A program made the position numbers and the translations under genes. The notes below the pieces were generated by a model. That model did not search any database. It was not told the origin of the DNA and was given only the letters and a program-made list of their open reading frames with translations. This document shows, piece by piece, positions 37,376 to 61,475 of a DNA stretch of 64,000 nucleotides (position 1 is the stretch's first letter; every line of letters begins with the position of its first letter). The DNA comes from Raillietiella orientalis (taxonomy: Eukaryota), in contig JAYWIR010000016.1 of the NCBI GenBank assembly GCA_036172245.1, positions 1,302,001 through 1,366,000 of the forward strand, read 5' to 3'.

Positions 37376-40300
37376 TTTCCGCCACCCCGAGAGTCCCACC
37401 ACCTAGATCCGACCAGCTGCTGCTTGATCCCTCCCCACTGCATCCCCTCCTCTCCTTTATTTTCATTCTCTCGATTCCCACAGATGACCCCGGGGCACGC
37501 CCTGAGGGAGCGAGTGGCAGTCATTCGGCCCTCGTCGGACGCCACGTGCTGGGACGCGCGCGCGCGTGCGCTCACGCCTTCGGATCTGAGGTGTAGCGCC
37601 AGGAGACTTTCGCTGCACGCAGTCTCAGGGGAGCACAGACGCAACGGTCAGCTGACCTTGACAGGAGACAGCAGAACGGATTTCTGACGAGAGCACCCAC
37701 TCGTGCGGTCGTCAAGGGCTTCCGCGGCCACTCCCCGCTTCCGAGTGTCCCTTCGCAGAGACGAAGCCGTGAGACGATGCCTTTTCTTTTTCTTTTTCCT
37801 GCGCAATGAAACAGAGAGGTCGAAAGGTCATCGCTGAGATGCGGAGGAAACGAGGAGAATTCCGGGAGCGAATCGCGCACGCTCCGTTCCGATCCGCGCT
37901 CATCTCCCGGCGCAGAGGATTCTGCGCTGATTCCGATCGGCTGCTGCAGTTGCGGCGGCGGATACCCGGACCGACGGACCGGAGCGCAGCATTCCTCGCG
38001 GTGCGCAGGGGGGCCAACCGTCCTCAAGCGCAGGAGATTCCTGAAGGCGCCGTTGCTCTTCAGTGCGCGTCCGCGACGACCGGGATGGGGGGGCGGCATA
38101 TTTCGGCGCGCGACCGGAAGCTATCACCTTTCGTGTGAGGCCGGACACCCCGGTGTCGACACCCAGGACGGGGTGCGCGCGGTCTCCTCGCATCTCCCGG
38201 GAAGAGGGAAGGGAGTGAGGAAAGGGACTTCGCCGGGCTGGTTTCCCGACCTGGGCGCCTTCCAGGAAAGCGCAAGGTGAAAAATAGGGCGCGTGACGAC
38301 AGACACCATGGAGTATCCTACGAGGTTTGCTGCAAAAATAGGCGGTCCCATTTCGGCGGGAAGGGGAGCTGTCGAAGGATCCTGCCCTCCTCCCCCCTTC
38401 CTCCTCGAGAGCGTGTGAGACAGTGGAACCGCCTGGAAGCCCCTCAAAAGGGTCGCTTTCGTCCCGCGGTGGGGTTGGAGGAGAGGAGCCGTAGGTACGG
38501 ACGCGTGCTAGGCACCAGTGAAGCGAAGTTGCCATGGGCGACTGCGCAGGCAGGGAAGCTCTTGGAGCTGGGACGGGTTGGAGGGGCACTCGTCCGAGGG
38601 ACGCATCCCCCGCGCGGAAACCATGGACACCGGGAGCGGGCAAGGAACTTTGCCGCCACGCTGAGGCGGCATCCGGGACTGGGGAGGAGGAAAGGAGGAA
38701 CCGCGCAGACTCAGGACGTACCAAAAGCACCGTGTCCCGGGGCGGGGACGAGACGTGGAGATCCGCGCCCGACCAGAAGGGTGGATGACCACCACCAAGC
38801 AGACATCCTCCCTTGACGTCTTCCTCCACGTGGACGTCCCTCAGAAAGGCACTGGTCCCTTCTCAGAAAGAGGTGCGGCGTGCGCACCCCGGGGGGCGTT
38901 CCCGCGCACGGGCGGGGAGCGCCTGTCCACCCCACAGGGGCCGACGATCGACGAATCCTCCTGAGATGAGCGAACCCTCGGCTAGGGACGATGGGCAACG
39001 AGGGCGTACGCGGTCGGGCAGGGATGACTCCCTGGAATGAAGGGCTCCGCGCCCGCCCCTTCCCCTCCCATTCTCGCCTTCGGCATTCGAACGAGAGGAC
39101 AGGAGGAGGGAGGCGTCCTCCCCCGGACCGGTCCTCGTGGAGTCTCTCGCGGTCGACTCCGACCGGAAGTTCCACGTGGGAACGATCATCCCGGCTTTTT
39201 TGGTCCCGGGATCGGAGCGACTGAACTTCCCTCTGATCTCTTTTTATTGCAAACAGGGCGAGGGGGGGGAGGAGGGACTCCTCCCCTTTTGCAGGTCCCG
39301 TCCTTCCCCTCGGGATCGGGGACGCAGCGCCAGGGCCGGTCCGTCCGTCCAGAGCCTCGCCCGCCTCCGGAGGAAACCGCGAAAGAGGGAGGGGAGCGCT
39401 CCTGCGGGACTCATGACGGGAAGGAAGGGCACGGAAGGAGCGGGGAGAGCCCTCGAACGAGGGGGAGCTCGCGTTCTTCCCCTCCCTTCTTTCCTTCAGC
39501 TTCCCGTGGCAGTCCGTCGTGGAGCTGCCCTCGCCAAAGACTCGCCCGCCCATGGGGTGGAGCCCCACAACCCAGTCGGGCGCCATGGGAGTCCCCACTT
39601 CCACGTGGAAGGGATGGGGGGAATAAGGGATAATGACGAAGTGGTTCTCAGATGCAGAAAGGGGAGGGCACAGGTACGACCGAAGGTCCCACGGCCTCTT
39701 CTCAACTCCGAAAGAGGGGTAGCGGGAGGGGAGGAGGCTTGGAATTTCGGAGGGAGTAGCGGGGATCGGGATCGGAAGAGGGAAGCGGAGGGGGTTCTTG
39801 CTGGAGCCGGCTCCGTCGTGGCAAGGCGAGCGCCGTCATCGACCCTTCTCCTTCCCCACCCGGCTTCAGAGGGAGGGAGAAGGGGATGAGAGGAAGGGAG
39901 AGAGATACCCATGCCTTCCGGATTCTTGGAGACAGAGGGAGTCCCCGGTTTGGCGGAGAACGAGACCGTCCCGGAAGGGATGAGTGGAGGATGGGGGCGA
40001 TTCCCCCTCGCCCCCCTTCCTTCCAATATGCATCCGCCCGAGGTGGCCGAACGATTCCGCGGGAGAGCAGGAAGCTGGCGCTCAGCTTGAGAAGACCGAA
40101 AGAGCGCGCGGATGGGGCAGGATGGGAGACGTAGAAGGGGAAGGTCTTCTATATTCCCTCCGACGGGCGCTCGCGAGTTGATCTGGCGAGGAGGAAGGCG
40201 GGCGGCCCTCTCCTCTCCTTCTCTTCCATCCTTCCCTCTCATTCACCCATTCCAGTTATGGGAACACCTCCCTAGGAGCCGAGCGGGGTCCTAACTGTTC

Positions 40301-41629
40301 CCAGCTTTCTCTGTCGCCATGGTTCCCGCGTCCCTTTTGGCATTAGATCCTCCTTCTCCTTCCTTATCGTCTTTTCCGGAAGGGAAAGCAGTGCGCCGCT
40401 TATCAGCCCTTCTTCCCACGAATTTCCCGGCCACGAGCCCGTTCCCCTCCCTTCCTCGCACGTCGCCAGGGAGCCGTGGAGTTCTCGGCGGAACGCGTGG
40501 CGGCGACGCTCCAATGGACGGCGCGAATGGCCGATCGATCACCACTCCGTTGCGGGAGATGCAGCAGCCCCACTTCCCTGGGGGGAACTTTCTGCCGACC
40601 TCGACCTCCGCCTCTGGCCGACCGACCCTTAGGGCCTCCTCGGTCTCTATCCCTTGGAGGCGCCTTCCCGGAAATTCCCCCGCGGTGCTCCGGGACGGAG
40701 ACAGCTCCTCCTGGCTTCGATGAAGACAGGAGTCCGCGCTCCCTCTGGGTTAAGGGAGGGGGTGGGGGATGAGCCATCGGGACCGCTAGAACAGAAGGCT
40801 TCTGGGGGGGAAGCCTTCGAGGGCGACCTCTGAGGCCGCGAAGGATGACGAGAACGCGTGGCAGAGCGTCCCCCCCCCCATTCCTTGCGTCACCGAAATT
40901 CTTCCCGAAGAGAGCAGGTGCTCCTTTTGTCCTCCAGCCAGAGGGAGAGGGACGAGCTGTTTGGGATCGGCCAGCCGCCCTTGAGGCCCGGCACGTCCTG
41001 AGAAAGGGCGTTCCCCCTCCTGCTCCGAGAGGCCAGCCAACCCGTGCGGGCATCCCTCTTCCTCCTCCTTCTCCTCCTCCTTTCCCCTACGAGACTTCAA
41101 GTGAACTCCTTCTGCTCCCTCCGCCGCGAAAGCCGCATTTCCCGGAGAAGGTCCACTGGCACGTCCCGAAAACGCGTCGGCTTTCCCGATCGCCAGGGCA
41201 ACTCCGAGGTCAGCGAGTGACCTCTGAATCCGGGACGGTCTTCCAGGAGGAAAACGATCTTTCGCCATCCTAGTTCGTCAAGAGCTCTTGCCTTGGGGCC
41301 GACGACTGCCAACCCCCCTCCTTCCCCCAGCTGGCGGCGCAACATCCTTGGCCAAGAGACGCGTCCCCAGAGCAGAAACCATGGATACCGGGAGCGCTCA
41401 AGGGACCTTGCTGCCGGCTGAGGCTGCATCCAGGACTGGTGGAGAGGAAAGAGGAGCCGAGCGCGCGCTTTAGAAGACCCTGAGACGTCCTGAGCTCTTC
41501 TTCTTCCCGGACCTCCTTCCTCCTACCCCGGAGGTTCTTCTTCTCGTCGCCAAGCAGCCGAGGACCGCGGGAGAGCGCCGGGACAGCAGCGGAGATACGA
41601 ACGGAGGAGACGGCCGTCCCAATGCTGCG

Positions 41630-44570
41630 TGCGTGGGGGGAATCGGAGACGCGAGTTCTTGTGCGGCTTCGACCCTGGTTGCGCTGCTGACCTCCCTGGA
41701 CGAAGAAGCTGCGCAGCATCTCCTCCACGCTCTTCTCCCCCTGAGCGTCGATCTTCGAAAGCGCGTGCCTCCTGCTTCCCAGAGGCAATGGACCCCCCCC
41801 CCGCAAGAAGCAGAGAGAAATTCGCTCCTAGGCGTGTTGGACAACGGTCATGGACTTTCTGGATGCGGTTCACCCATAAATTCCTGTCGCAGCAGGGCCT
41901 GTCGCAGGTCGGCAATCCGGCAGGAACGCCGGTCACACGCTCTTCGGGTCTCCAGGGTGACGGATGGCATGGTTCCAGGTCACCAGCACAGAACAGTGAG
42001 CTCCCAAAGGGAGTGTATGCCGAGGCCCACCATTCTCCTCACCCACCTCCTTCTGAAACGCCATCGCTGCAAGCGTCCTGTGATCTGGGGGCACCGACTG
42101 GCGACCACCACGACCGCGAAACCAGCCTTCCCTGGATCACCGCGGAGCGCGTCGTACCGCCAACCACCCTCGGCTGCCACTTCCAGAGAAGCTCCCGCTT
42201 GTTCTCGAATGTGAACTTGACGTTGGCCACGGCTATCCGGGCTGAGCATGAGGAAACAGCATCTGACCTCGATGGAGCGATCACTTCAAGGACCGCCTCG
42301 ATTTGGGGCACGCGAAGCCGAGCGAAGGTCCCGCGACACCGGTGGTTACCTCACTGCACTAATTCCCCGATCCGGGAGTCATCCTCCCGACGTAAGCCCT
42401 AGGCGGTTGGCAACGGCCGTGCAGAGTGAGTGAGGACAGCCACCACCTCGTTGCGAGCGCCTCCTCTCTCGAGCCATCGGCTCGAACAGCTCATCCCAGC
42501 TGAAGAGGCGGGATGGCAAAGGGGATCCGAGGTCGGCTGCACCCTTCTCTACGAAACCTCAGCTAGCTCTCCCGCAGAAGCTTCCTCAAAAACGCGGCAG
42601 TCTTCCATGACCGTCCATAATCCCTATTTGGGCAGGCACAAAAGGGATCGATGGATCTGCAGTCTCTTCCAGCATCGACCTCAGGTCTCCGGAGCACCAG
42701 CGTCCGCCGCAGGCCACCTGCTGCAGCTCGTTGCTCCCCCAAGGGATAGAGGTTCCAGCTGCCTACCGGAGGGGTGAAAGTTCTTCTGTTCCCCGTTCCA
42801 ACAGCGACTGAGCTCCCTGATTGACGAGTCAGCCAGCTGACTCGGCGACTCCAAGCATTCTGGAACAGAGACTGTTCCGGTGGGAGGTGCTCTTTGAACC
42901 CCTCCCCCATAAAAGCTGAGTTGCCACATCTTGCACGGGGCTGTCCGAGCACAGGACCACACCAATGGGACATCCTGTTCAGCGAGTGCCGACATGTCGA
43001 GAGGCATCCCTGCGACCTGCGACCTGGTGCGGGTCCCTCGAGTCGTCCCAGCCACACCTGCCGCCGGACTTCGATGCCTCCTCCCCCGGATGGACACTCT
43101 CAGCCTGAGAACACTCCTTTCCCTTGCTGGTCAGTGGAATGTTCCTCCTGGATGGACTGTCCCATCTGATAGTCATCCTACGCCGAGTTCAGAGGGCCTC
43201 CACATGGGATGAGCCACTTAAAACCGACCCTCCTCAAAGTCTACGGTGAAACGTAGCCGGATCGGTTTTAAGTGACTCACCTGTAGGGGTCTAAGGACGG
43301 TCTAAGCATATGGGAATCCAGAGTAAGAGAAGGCTCGAAGAAGTGTCGGATGCGAGGGTGAGTGAGGAAAACACCATCAACCTCAGCCTCATGTAGGGTC
43401 AGCTGGTTAAAACCGATCTGCCTGCAGCCAAGCCCAGCTCCTCCCCGGAGCCAGGCACGAGGAGAGGGCCGGTTTCGAGTGGCTCACCCCGGAGCACGCT
43501 GGCAGCTGTAAGAAGGGCAGCAGAACGGGGAGCATGGAAGTAGGTCTGCTTTGTCAGAGGAGGTCAGGAAAGGATTCCATGGCCCTCACACACATTACAC
43601 CGATGTCATTCTATTTACTGCCCTTCCCCTCTGCCTCTTCAACCCCACCTAGGGGACCCATAATTGTGCTGCGGGCAGTAACCCTCTTGTCTCTGGGAAG
43701 CGAGTCCCACTAGCATGCATATTTATATATGTATGTGTGCGTGCTGTGTGTGTGTTCGGTTTCTACTTATGTATAAGTGCGTAACCCTGCGTTACCAGGT
43801 AATAGAAACGTTCTCTCTGCAGTTCCGCTTTTCATCAACCCTTCCCGCGTGGCGGAATGCACCCGGAGTCGCTGTCGAGTTGTGCGATCCTCTCTGTCCC
43901 ATGATGGAGAAGAAGGAGGCAGCTTCCTTTTTGCTGGCTACAGCCGCGGGAAGCCGCCTGCCACACGAAAGAGCTCATCACGTCCAAGAACTGCATCCGG
44001 AGATGCAGGGGCCGCCGCTCCGGAAGCCCCCTGCATCTCCAGAAGGCAAGCGATGGTCCTGCGGGTGTCGGCAACTCAGCACAATACTTCGTGCGGGGCT
44101 GCGCACCGAGCGCCGGAGATGCCTCCCTTCCTTCAAGATGAAGGTCGCTACGCGCCGCCTCGTCACTCAGCTGACGATGCGACGCTGGTGGTGCGTAGGC
44201 AGATCTGAGGCGGTCTGTCGTCTGGGAAGGTGCGAAGGACGACGCTGCCCCGGAAACGCAGCCCTGAGGATCCGCGCTCGTTCCGCTTCGCATTCGGACC
44301 CATCCCGAGCTTTTGCAGAGGTCTGTTCACCCTCTCCCCCCCTCCTTCTGGCCGTCCAATCCGAAGGCAGCCTTCCAAGGTCGCTTCCGTTTCCGGCGAC
44401 GGCGAAGAGCTCGCGCACTGGATTTCGTGGAAAGCAGTATCGGGCAGTTTGCGGCTTCCGGGCGGATGCACGCGGGAACACCACGGGAGGAACTCTCCCA
44501 CTGCCAGAACATCAGACGTGTATGAACACTGACATCGCCGACGGTGGTACCATAGCTGATCGGCAGTGAT
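41630..44570 (+). mobile_element. Possible highly decayed LINE ORF2 relic
   Basis: Weak motifs only: IWGTRSRAKVPR (cf. LWG..RARV), RRLVTQLTMRRWW...CRLGRCE (zf-RVT-like) and LAHWISWKA, followed by a CT-rich tract. Confidence 0.25.
43210..43486. repeat. Four copies of a ~21-bp motif in alternating orientation (two hairpin units)
   Basis: TGAGCCACTTAAAACCGACCC (43210,+), GGATCGGTTTTAAGTGACTCA (43259,-), TCAGCTGGTTAAAACCGATC (43399,+), GGGCCGGTTTCGAGTGGCTCA (43466,-). Confidence 0.7.
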
Positions 44571-47500
44571 CCTCTTCCTCCCTTCCTTTTCCTCTTCTCT
44601 TTCTCCTTCCATCTCTCTTCCTCCTTCTCCTCCGTTCCTCTTCCTCCTCCACCTTCTTCATCCCTTCCTTCTGATCCTCCCCACGTGAAACCCGCAGTGC
44701 TCCTGACTTGTGCTGCCTGCGCACGCGCCTCTCTCAGTCACCGCAAATCCTTGACGATTGGTCCGACGTCGCATGATCTTAGTTGATCATGCATAGTTGT
44801 TATGAAGTAGTTGTCAGACAGGGACCATGAAGTTGTCATCTTCCCGTTTATGGTCCACGGGCGCTCCCGTCACGGAAAGCGATCGGAGCGGCATCGGGGC
44901 GATGGAAACCGGACACTGAAAGGCAGGGAGGGTTGTCACGGCCCTCACGGGATTCCTCGGGGGGGGGGGGGGGAGTGAGTACCAGCTCACCGACTCCTGC
45001 TCAGCGCGAGCACCTCTGCTTTCCCTCACGAGTGCTTGGGTGGGTCCCCTGAGCGAGCAGCGCTGCACCTCATCTTTCTCTCTGCTCCGGCGAAATCACT
45101 GAAACAGCTGTTCGTGCCTTCCTCCCCCCCCTCACTTCCCACCAGCGCTACCAAGGGTTCGGTGGCCGATCCCTTGGTGGCGCCCAAAGGTGGAAGTGGG
45201 ATGGAAGCTGTACGGGGCTAAGATTGGACCGTGAGGAGTTCCCGTTAACCTGCTACCCCGCTGCGGGAGTAAAATTGGAGGGGGGGAGGGAATCAGATCC
45301 CGCGATTTCAGATCGTAGGGAACCGAAAGACTAAACCAGGAGCGATCTCAGCGCAAAACAAGGAAAAAAACGCCCGAGGCGCGGTGGTCCTCAGCTTTGT
45401 CTCCGTCATCAGCAGCGACCCGTGAGCATTTCCCTTCTCCTCTCCCCCAGGAACACGAGCCGCATCCCAGAAACCGGATCTTTCGGAGGAGGGGGCAAGG
45501 CGTTCCCGTTTATCCCGTGCCAGTGCTCCCATGAAGGTTGTCGCTATTTATAGGCACGAACCGATCCCGTTTCTGCATCTCACGGTGGTGCAGGCGGTCA
45601 CACGTGATCAGGACGGTGTTTTTTTTCCCGGCGGGGAAGGGGCGGAAAAGCAGGGGTGCCTCCCTGGTAGCCGCCTGCTGAGCGTTGGGAGGGTCTTCCG
45701 AGGCGTTGCTCCTCCCCGAAGGCAGCGGTCGCGCCCCTCTGCGTTGAAGTGGGAAAGGTGGAAGGGAAGGGGAGAAGGAGGTCGTCCGGGAAGACGTGGA
45801 ATTTGCGCGAAATCGAGAGGAGAAAGAGCACGGACGAGGACCTCGGACCTCCCGAAGAAGGAGTCCACCTGGCCCCTTCCTGCGGCTTGGTCGCCGAAGT
45901 TTCGCGACGAAGACCTCTTCTCCTCCGGGAGCTTCCCGAGACGGTCCATGCTGCGCAGGGAGTGAGAGAAGGAAAGCGAGGGGAACGGAAAGGAGCAGGG
46001 CAGGACCTCGGGACTTCGGTTGGATCGCAGCTCCCTCGCCCGGGATGGCATCTTCCCCCCGCCTTTCTCCCTCCTCCACGCCATCTGTGAGGCGAGACGC
46101 GGACGCTGCCGCGCCACTCGACGGCGGAAGGCCAGGAGGCACCGTCGGGGAAGGTGGGCAGGGGTTGAAGGAGAGTGGAGGGGTGATAGCAGGACCTGCA
46201 ACAGCAACAGGCGAGCTCCCGCCTCCAGCACCAGCACGCAGCCGCCCTTCCTCGTTTGCGCGCCGGGGAGCGAACTCCGAGCATGAGGAGACAGGGGGAA
46301 GGCAGCGAGCGCGCTAGGAGCCGAGCGCAGGGAGAAGAACCGACCGGGTCCTCCGAACGCGAAGAGGCACCCTCCTGTATCCCCTTCCCCCCCTTAGGGG
46401 GTCAGAATCTGTTCCCAAATCGTCTTCCGCGAGGGTGGCCCCCTCGCGGCGGTGTTCGAGGGTTGCGGCAGGGCCGGTAGGAGTGGAGAGTGGGTAGTTG
46501 CAAGGCTCCTTCCGACCGTGGTCGCGAAGAAGTCGAGGAACCGTCTGGACTTCTCTCGCCGGAGGAAGAGGAGGGGGAGAGACGGTAGCCACGATGACTC
46601 CCCCGCCTCCTTCGCTTCCGCCGCCTTTTGTCCTCTTCCTCACTCCCCCTCCCTATCTACCAGGCTTGGGAAAACCCAGGAGGCGCGAGCGGGATGGAGA
46701 CAGGCATGTCCGAGGCCACCCGAGAGCTCCGCCGTGTGCGCGTCTCTGGAGCCGCCTTGGAGAACGCCCGCACTATCGGGGGCCGCGGCAGCGGCGTCCT
46801 GATTTGCCCCCGTCCGCTCCGGGGGCGGGGAGGGGGGAAGCGTGCAGGGAAAGGACGGCGAGGACCACGCAGCCACCCACGGAACTCACTGGGTGCAGAG
46901 GTGCAGGAGGCCTTCCCTACTTCCCATTCCGCCTGCGAGTCGGAGGTGGCCAGAGACCTCCTCGCTCCCTCCTCTTCCCGTGGCCCGAGCGTTCGGGAGC
47001 CCTCTGCGCGATCTGGAGGAGGAGGAGCGTCCCGGAAAGACCACCACGATCGCCTCTGTCAAAAGGGATATTTCAAGAAGAGGGGGAGGAGGAGGAAGGG
47101 AGGAAAATGAGTGGTTTTGCTCCTGAGCGCCGCGGACCGCGGAGATGGTTAACGCCTCGTACGCGCGTAGGCGTGGGTGCTTCGCCGCCGACGGGAGCGA
47201 CTTGGCGAAAAAACTCAGGGTGTGCCGTCACTCCCGGTCGTCGCCTCTGGCGCCGGTTCTTTTCCGATGAAGAAAAAAAAAATCAGTTCCGGAGGCGCCT
47301 GTCCGTCTCCCTGGTTTCCTATCGACCCTGCCCTACGCGTAGTGTGTGCGTGGCACTCGCGTCTTCCTCCCACTACGGGGAAATGGGGAGCAACACACAC
47401 ACACAAACGTTGCTCACGGGCAGTATCGCCGCCGCTGAACGAAAGGGAGGCGCGATCATTGCTGGTTGAAACACACACAAGTCCAAGATGAGGCGTTGCC

Positions 47501-48149
47501 TTGGAAACGTAGCTATCGTCTGGGTTTGGGAGCCACCACCACCTTTTCGGAGCCGTCGAGCGGCTGGTGGCAGTTCGACGATGGCGGCAATCCGGCGAAG
47601 GAGAAAGGAGAAGGGACTCTCCACCTTGTGCTGCCCACAGCCCCAGGGAGCACGAGGGCCTCGCCGACTGCCCCCCGTGCTCCTCGAGGCAGAGGACGGA
47701 CAGGCGTGGGCTGATAGAGGGAGCGGCGGGGACGCAACGTGTCCGCCGCTGGCGCGCAGGACGACGAGGAGAATCACAAGGAAGGGGTGAGGGGGTGAGG
47801 GGGGAGGTGGAAGGAAGGAAGGACTCGGGCAAATCGATCCGGCTTGATCCCACGCTCTCTCTGCCCCTTTCCGCTTTCCTGCAAGGAACAGGGAGGCGGC
47901 TGCTAGATCAGGAAAGAGGCGGAGAGGAGGAGGCAGCAAGCGGGGGGAAGCGCTCCTCCCCTCACCCTCCCCCACTCTCTCTCCTCCACGTCTGTCTGGA
48001 GTACCACGCGGGTTCGGCGCTGCGCACAGCCCGCGGTGTCGTTGCCCTCGTCGCTTCCCCGGCCGTGCATCCCGAGGGTAGAAAGAGCGAGATGACTTTT
48101 TTGCTGCTGGGTTCCCTGGGATCGATTTCCCCCCCCCCCTCCCCCCTCT

Positions 48150-49026
48150 TGGTTCCAGACGAGTATGGAGGGCGGGCGGGGAAAAGGGGAGAGTGGCGGA
48201 GCAAGGGGAGCGCAGAAGGGCTGGGAAAGGAAGGTATGACGGGAAGGGGGGGGGGGGGGGGGGAGAAACGGGACTTGTTCCTTCCGGATGGAGGGGGGGG
48301 GAGGAAGACGAGGAGGGTCGGAGGTCTCCTCGTGTGCGTGGGACGGAGGGCGGTCGGTGCGCCGGCGCGCGCACGTGCATGCAGACGTCCGGCCGCGTCA
48401 CGCGTCGCGCGCGGTGGAAGGCCGACGGCGGGCGAGGCGTCCGCACGTCGCGCCGCCACCGCCTCCGCCGCGCGCGCACTCCTCGTCCGCGAGGCGGCGG
48501 CGGCGGCGCTTCGCGCGACCTTTGCCTGCCCGTCGTCAGCTGCTCGCCCGCTCGCTCGCGTACCACGTGGGTGCGTGCGGCGGCGGCGGCGGCGACGACG
48601 GCGGCTGGCTGCTCGGCAGGGAAATACTGCGGGCGCCCTCCGCCGCCGTGGACCAGTCGCGCTCCCGTGCGTGCGCAGCGCGGTAGGAGGTGCTTCCTGC
48701 GTCCCGCGCACTACCGTCGCAGCTGAAGCCGCCGCCGCCCGTGCTCACGACCCCTCAGCCGCGGCGCATCGGAGAGTCCAACCTCTCCTCCCGCCCTCCC
48801 CCCGTCCCCGTCGGCGAACTCCAACGCTCCGGGAGCCCCCGAGCCCCCCTTCGACCTGCTCTCCCTCTCGTCCTCCCGTGCGGACCGCATCCCCAGCCCA
48901 GGCGGCAGCAGCAGCAGCGACCGCGATGTCGGAAGAGCCCACTTGTGCGCTCTTCGCAAGCTGTGCCGTGACAACCGTCGCATCTCCCGGACGACGCGGG
49001 TGGAACCGCGCAAGAAGGCTCCCGGC
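48150..49026 (+). promoter_or_regulatory. CpG/GC-rich promoter and 5'UTR region of the PLK gene
   Basis: Very high CpG density, CGG/GCC runs and a long G run (48246-48263) lie immediately upstream of exon 1. The TSS cannot be determined. Confidence 0.5.

Positions 49027-49030
<4 letters not shown>
48926..49030 (+). promoter_or_regulatory. Upstream ORF (34 aa) whose TGA overlaps the PLK ATG (ATGA)
   Basis: gcgATGtcg at 48926 reads MSEEPT...RRLPA*. Its stop (49028-49030) overlaps the ATG at 49027-49029. Confidence 0.55.
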
Positions 49031-59588
<10,558 letters not shown>

Positions 59589-60949
59589 GGACGAGGGAGG
59601 AGGATCCTGGGGTGGTCGGGAGCTGATCCTCCTGTTTCTCCCTCCTCCAGGAATCTCCTGGAGCAGGAAGAGGTCGACCGTTGACTGGGAACCGGAAATT
59701 CTGGCGATTGCCTGCTCTGGACGCCAGAGGCAGATACGAGAGAGAGTACGCCCATGCGATAGCATGCACTCCTCCCTTCCTCCCCTGGCCTCGACCCCCG
59801 ACCCGTTATTTTTCCCCTCCCCCTCCTCTAGTCAGCAGTAGCAGCACCCATCCCACCCCAACCGCCATCTTTTCGGTGCCCGAAGAGCCTGGCCCTTTCC
59901 CCTGACCCGACCCTTGGCGCAGCTTCCCCGTCGACTGGAAACGTCGACTCTCCGCCACCGCCCTCATTTTTTTTTCCCATCTCTCTTCGAGCATGCCCGA
60001 AGGCGGCACGTCGCCACAATAAAAAAGGGGGAATGAAGGAAGAGGAAAAGGAGGTCATTCGGAGCGGGCGAAGTGGAGGGTCAGGGGAGAACAGTGGAGA
60101 TCGCGGAGAGAAAAGAGCGGTCCACCTTTTTCCTTCGCTCGGAAACAGAGGGGATCAGCGGGCGACCGGTCATTCGCTGCCCCTGAGGAAAGATCGGGGA
60201 AGAGGAGGAGTGCGACAGTCGGCGGTGGCGATCTCCAGGCAGATTCGAAAAGGAAAGATGAGGCTTCCTCCCCTCCACCCCCTTTTCTCCCTTTCCCCCT
60301 CCGTCCCGTCGGCCGCAGATGCTGAGCACTGCCCTTACTCCGTCCCCTTGCACCCTCCTCCTCCTCGATCCCCGAGGCAGATGTCAGAGGAGTCGCAGGC
60401 GTGGTCGGTCGACAGGGAGAGGCGCTGAACTGCTCCCGCACGTAGGAGGGAAGCGGACGAGTGATCTCGTGCCCCTCTCCCCCTTCCTTCACCCTTGGTT
60501 GTGGATGAGACTCTTTTTAGGCGCCCCGGCGATGGCACTGTGTAATCCGAGGTGCGACCGCGGGTTTCGCCGAAGGGCGGCGCCGTTCTCGTGATCGCCG
60601 TCTTCCTCCCTCCCGTGGTGATGGCCGGAAGGCTCCTTAGGTGCATTTTCCCCAACCCCTCCTTCCCAGCTGCACACCGGGGGACGAAGCCTGCGACACA
60701 CCCAGCCTCATCGGACACCCCGACCTCCAAGGCGGGAGCAAGTCAGAAGGGAGCACACCCTGGAGGAGGGTGCCACCTGCCCGGTGGAAGCCTCGAGTGT
60801 GCGCGTGGACGCCTGTGAGGCGCTTGCACGAGAGGCTGCACGTCTAGGGACGATGTGGATCCTGGAAGAGGGCGGACGAGGCGGCCAGCTCGAGGCGAGG
60901 GCTGCTTCCGTTCCGCGGACCTCCGCCTCACTCCCTTACGCTCCCGCGG

Positions 60950-61475
60950 GGGAGTAAGTGCGTGTTCACTCTTTCAGTTAGGGGGCACCCCGGGTATCAC
61001 CCCATGAATCCAGGAAGGGCTTCGGAAAGAGAAACCCCGAGGAGAGCCGCTCCTTGTTTCTTCCTGTGAAAGGAACCTCGAAGGAACGTTTCCAGATTTC
61101 TGTGGAGGGCGCTCCCCGAAGGAAGCAGCACACTTCTTGAACACTGCGGTGAGTTCACCAGCTCCATGGTACTCGGGGGAGGATCCCCGAGGGGGGAAGG
61201 ACTGCTCGATTTTCACAACCGGGGGAACCACGAAGAGAACCGGCCCTTTGAGATCCCGGAGGGTCAATTTTCTAATGCTGGCCGATCAATGGGTGCAGCA
61301 GGTTTTAACTAGCTTGCACCAGTGCCTCGCCCAAATACGGGCTAGCCAGAGTCATCTTGCGGGGGGAACTCGAAACCCACGATGCACCCCTGAAGTTCGC
61401 GGCGCTGAACCTCCACGTGGGGATTCGAACCCACGACGGCTCGGTGCCATGCGATGGAGGCCTCAGCCACGCGGC
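60950..61475 (-). mobile_element. tRNA-headed SINE-like repeat copy 5
   Basis: The reverse complement reads GCCGCGTGGCTGAGG...GGTTCGAATCC (61421-61431)...GGCACTGGTG...CCGGTTGTGAAAA...CAAGAAGTGTGCTGC...CCTTCCTGGATTCATGGGGTG. Confidence 0.75.
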
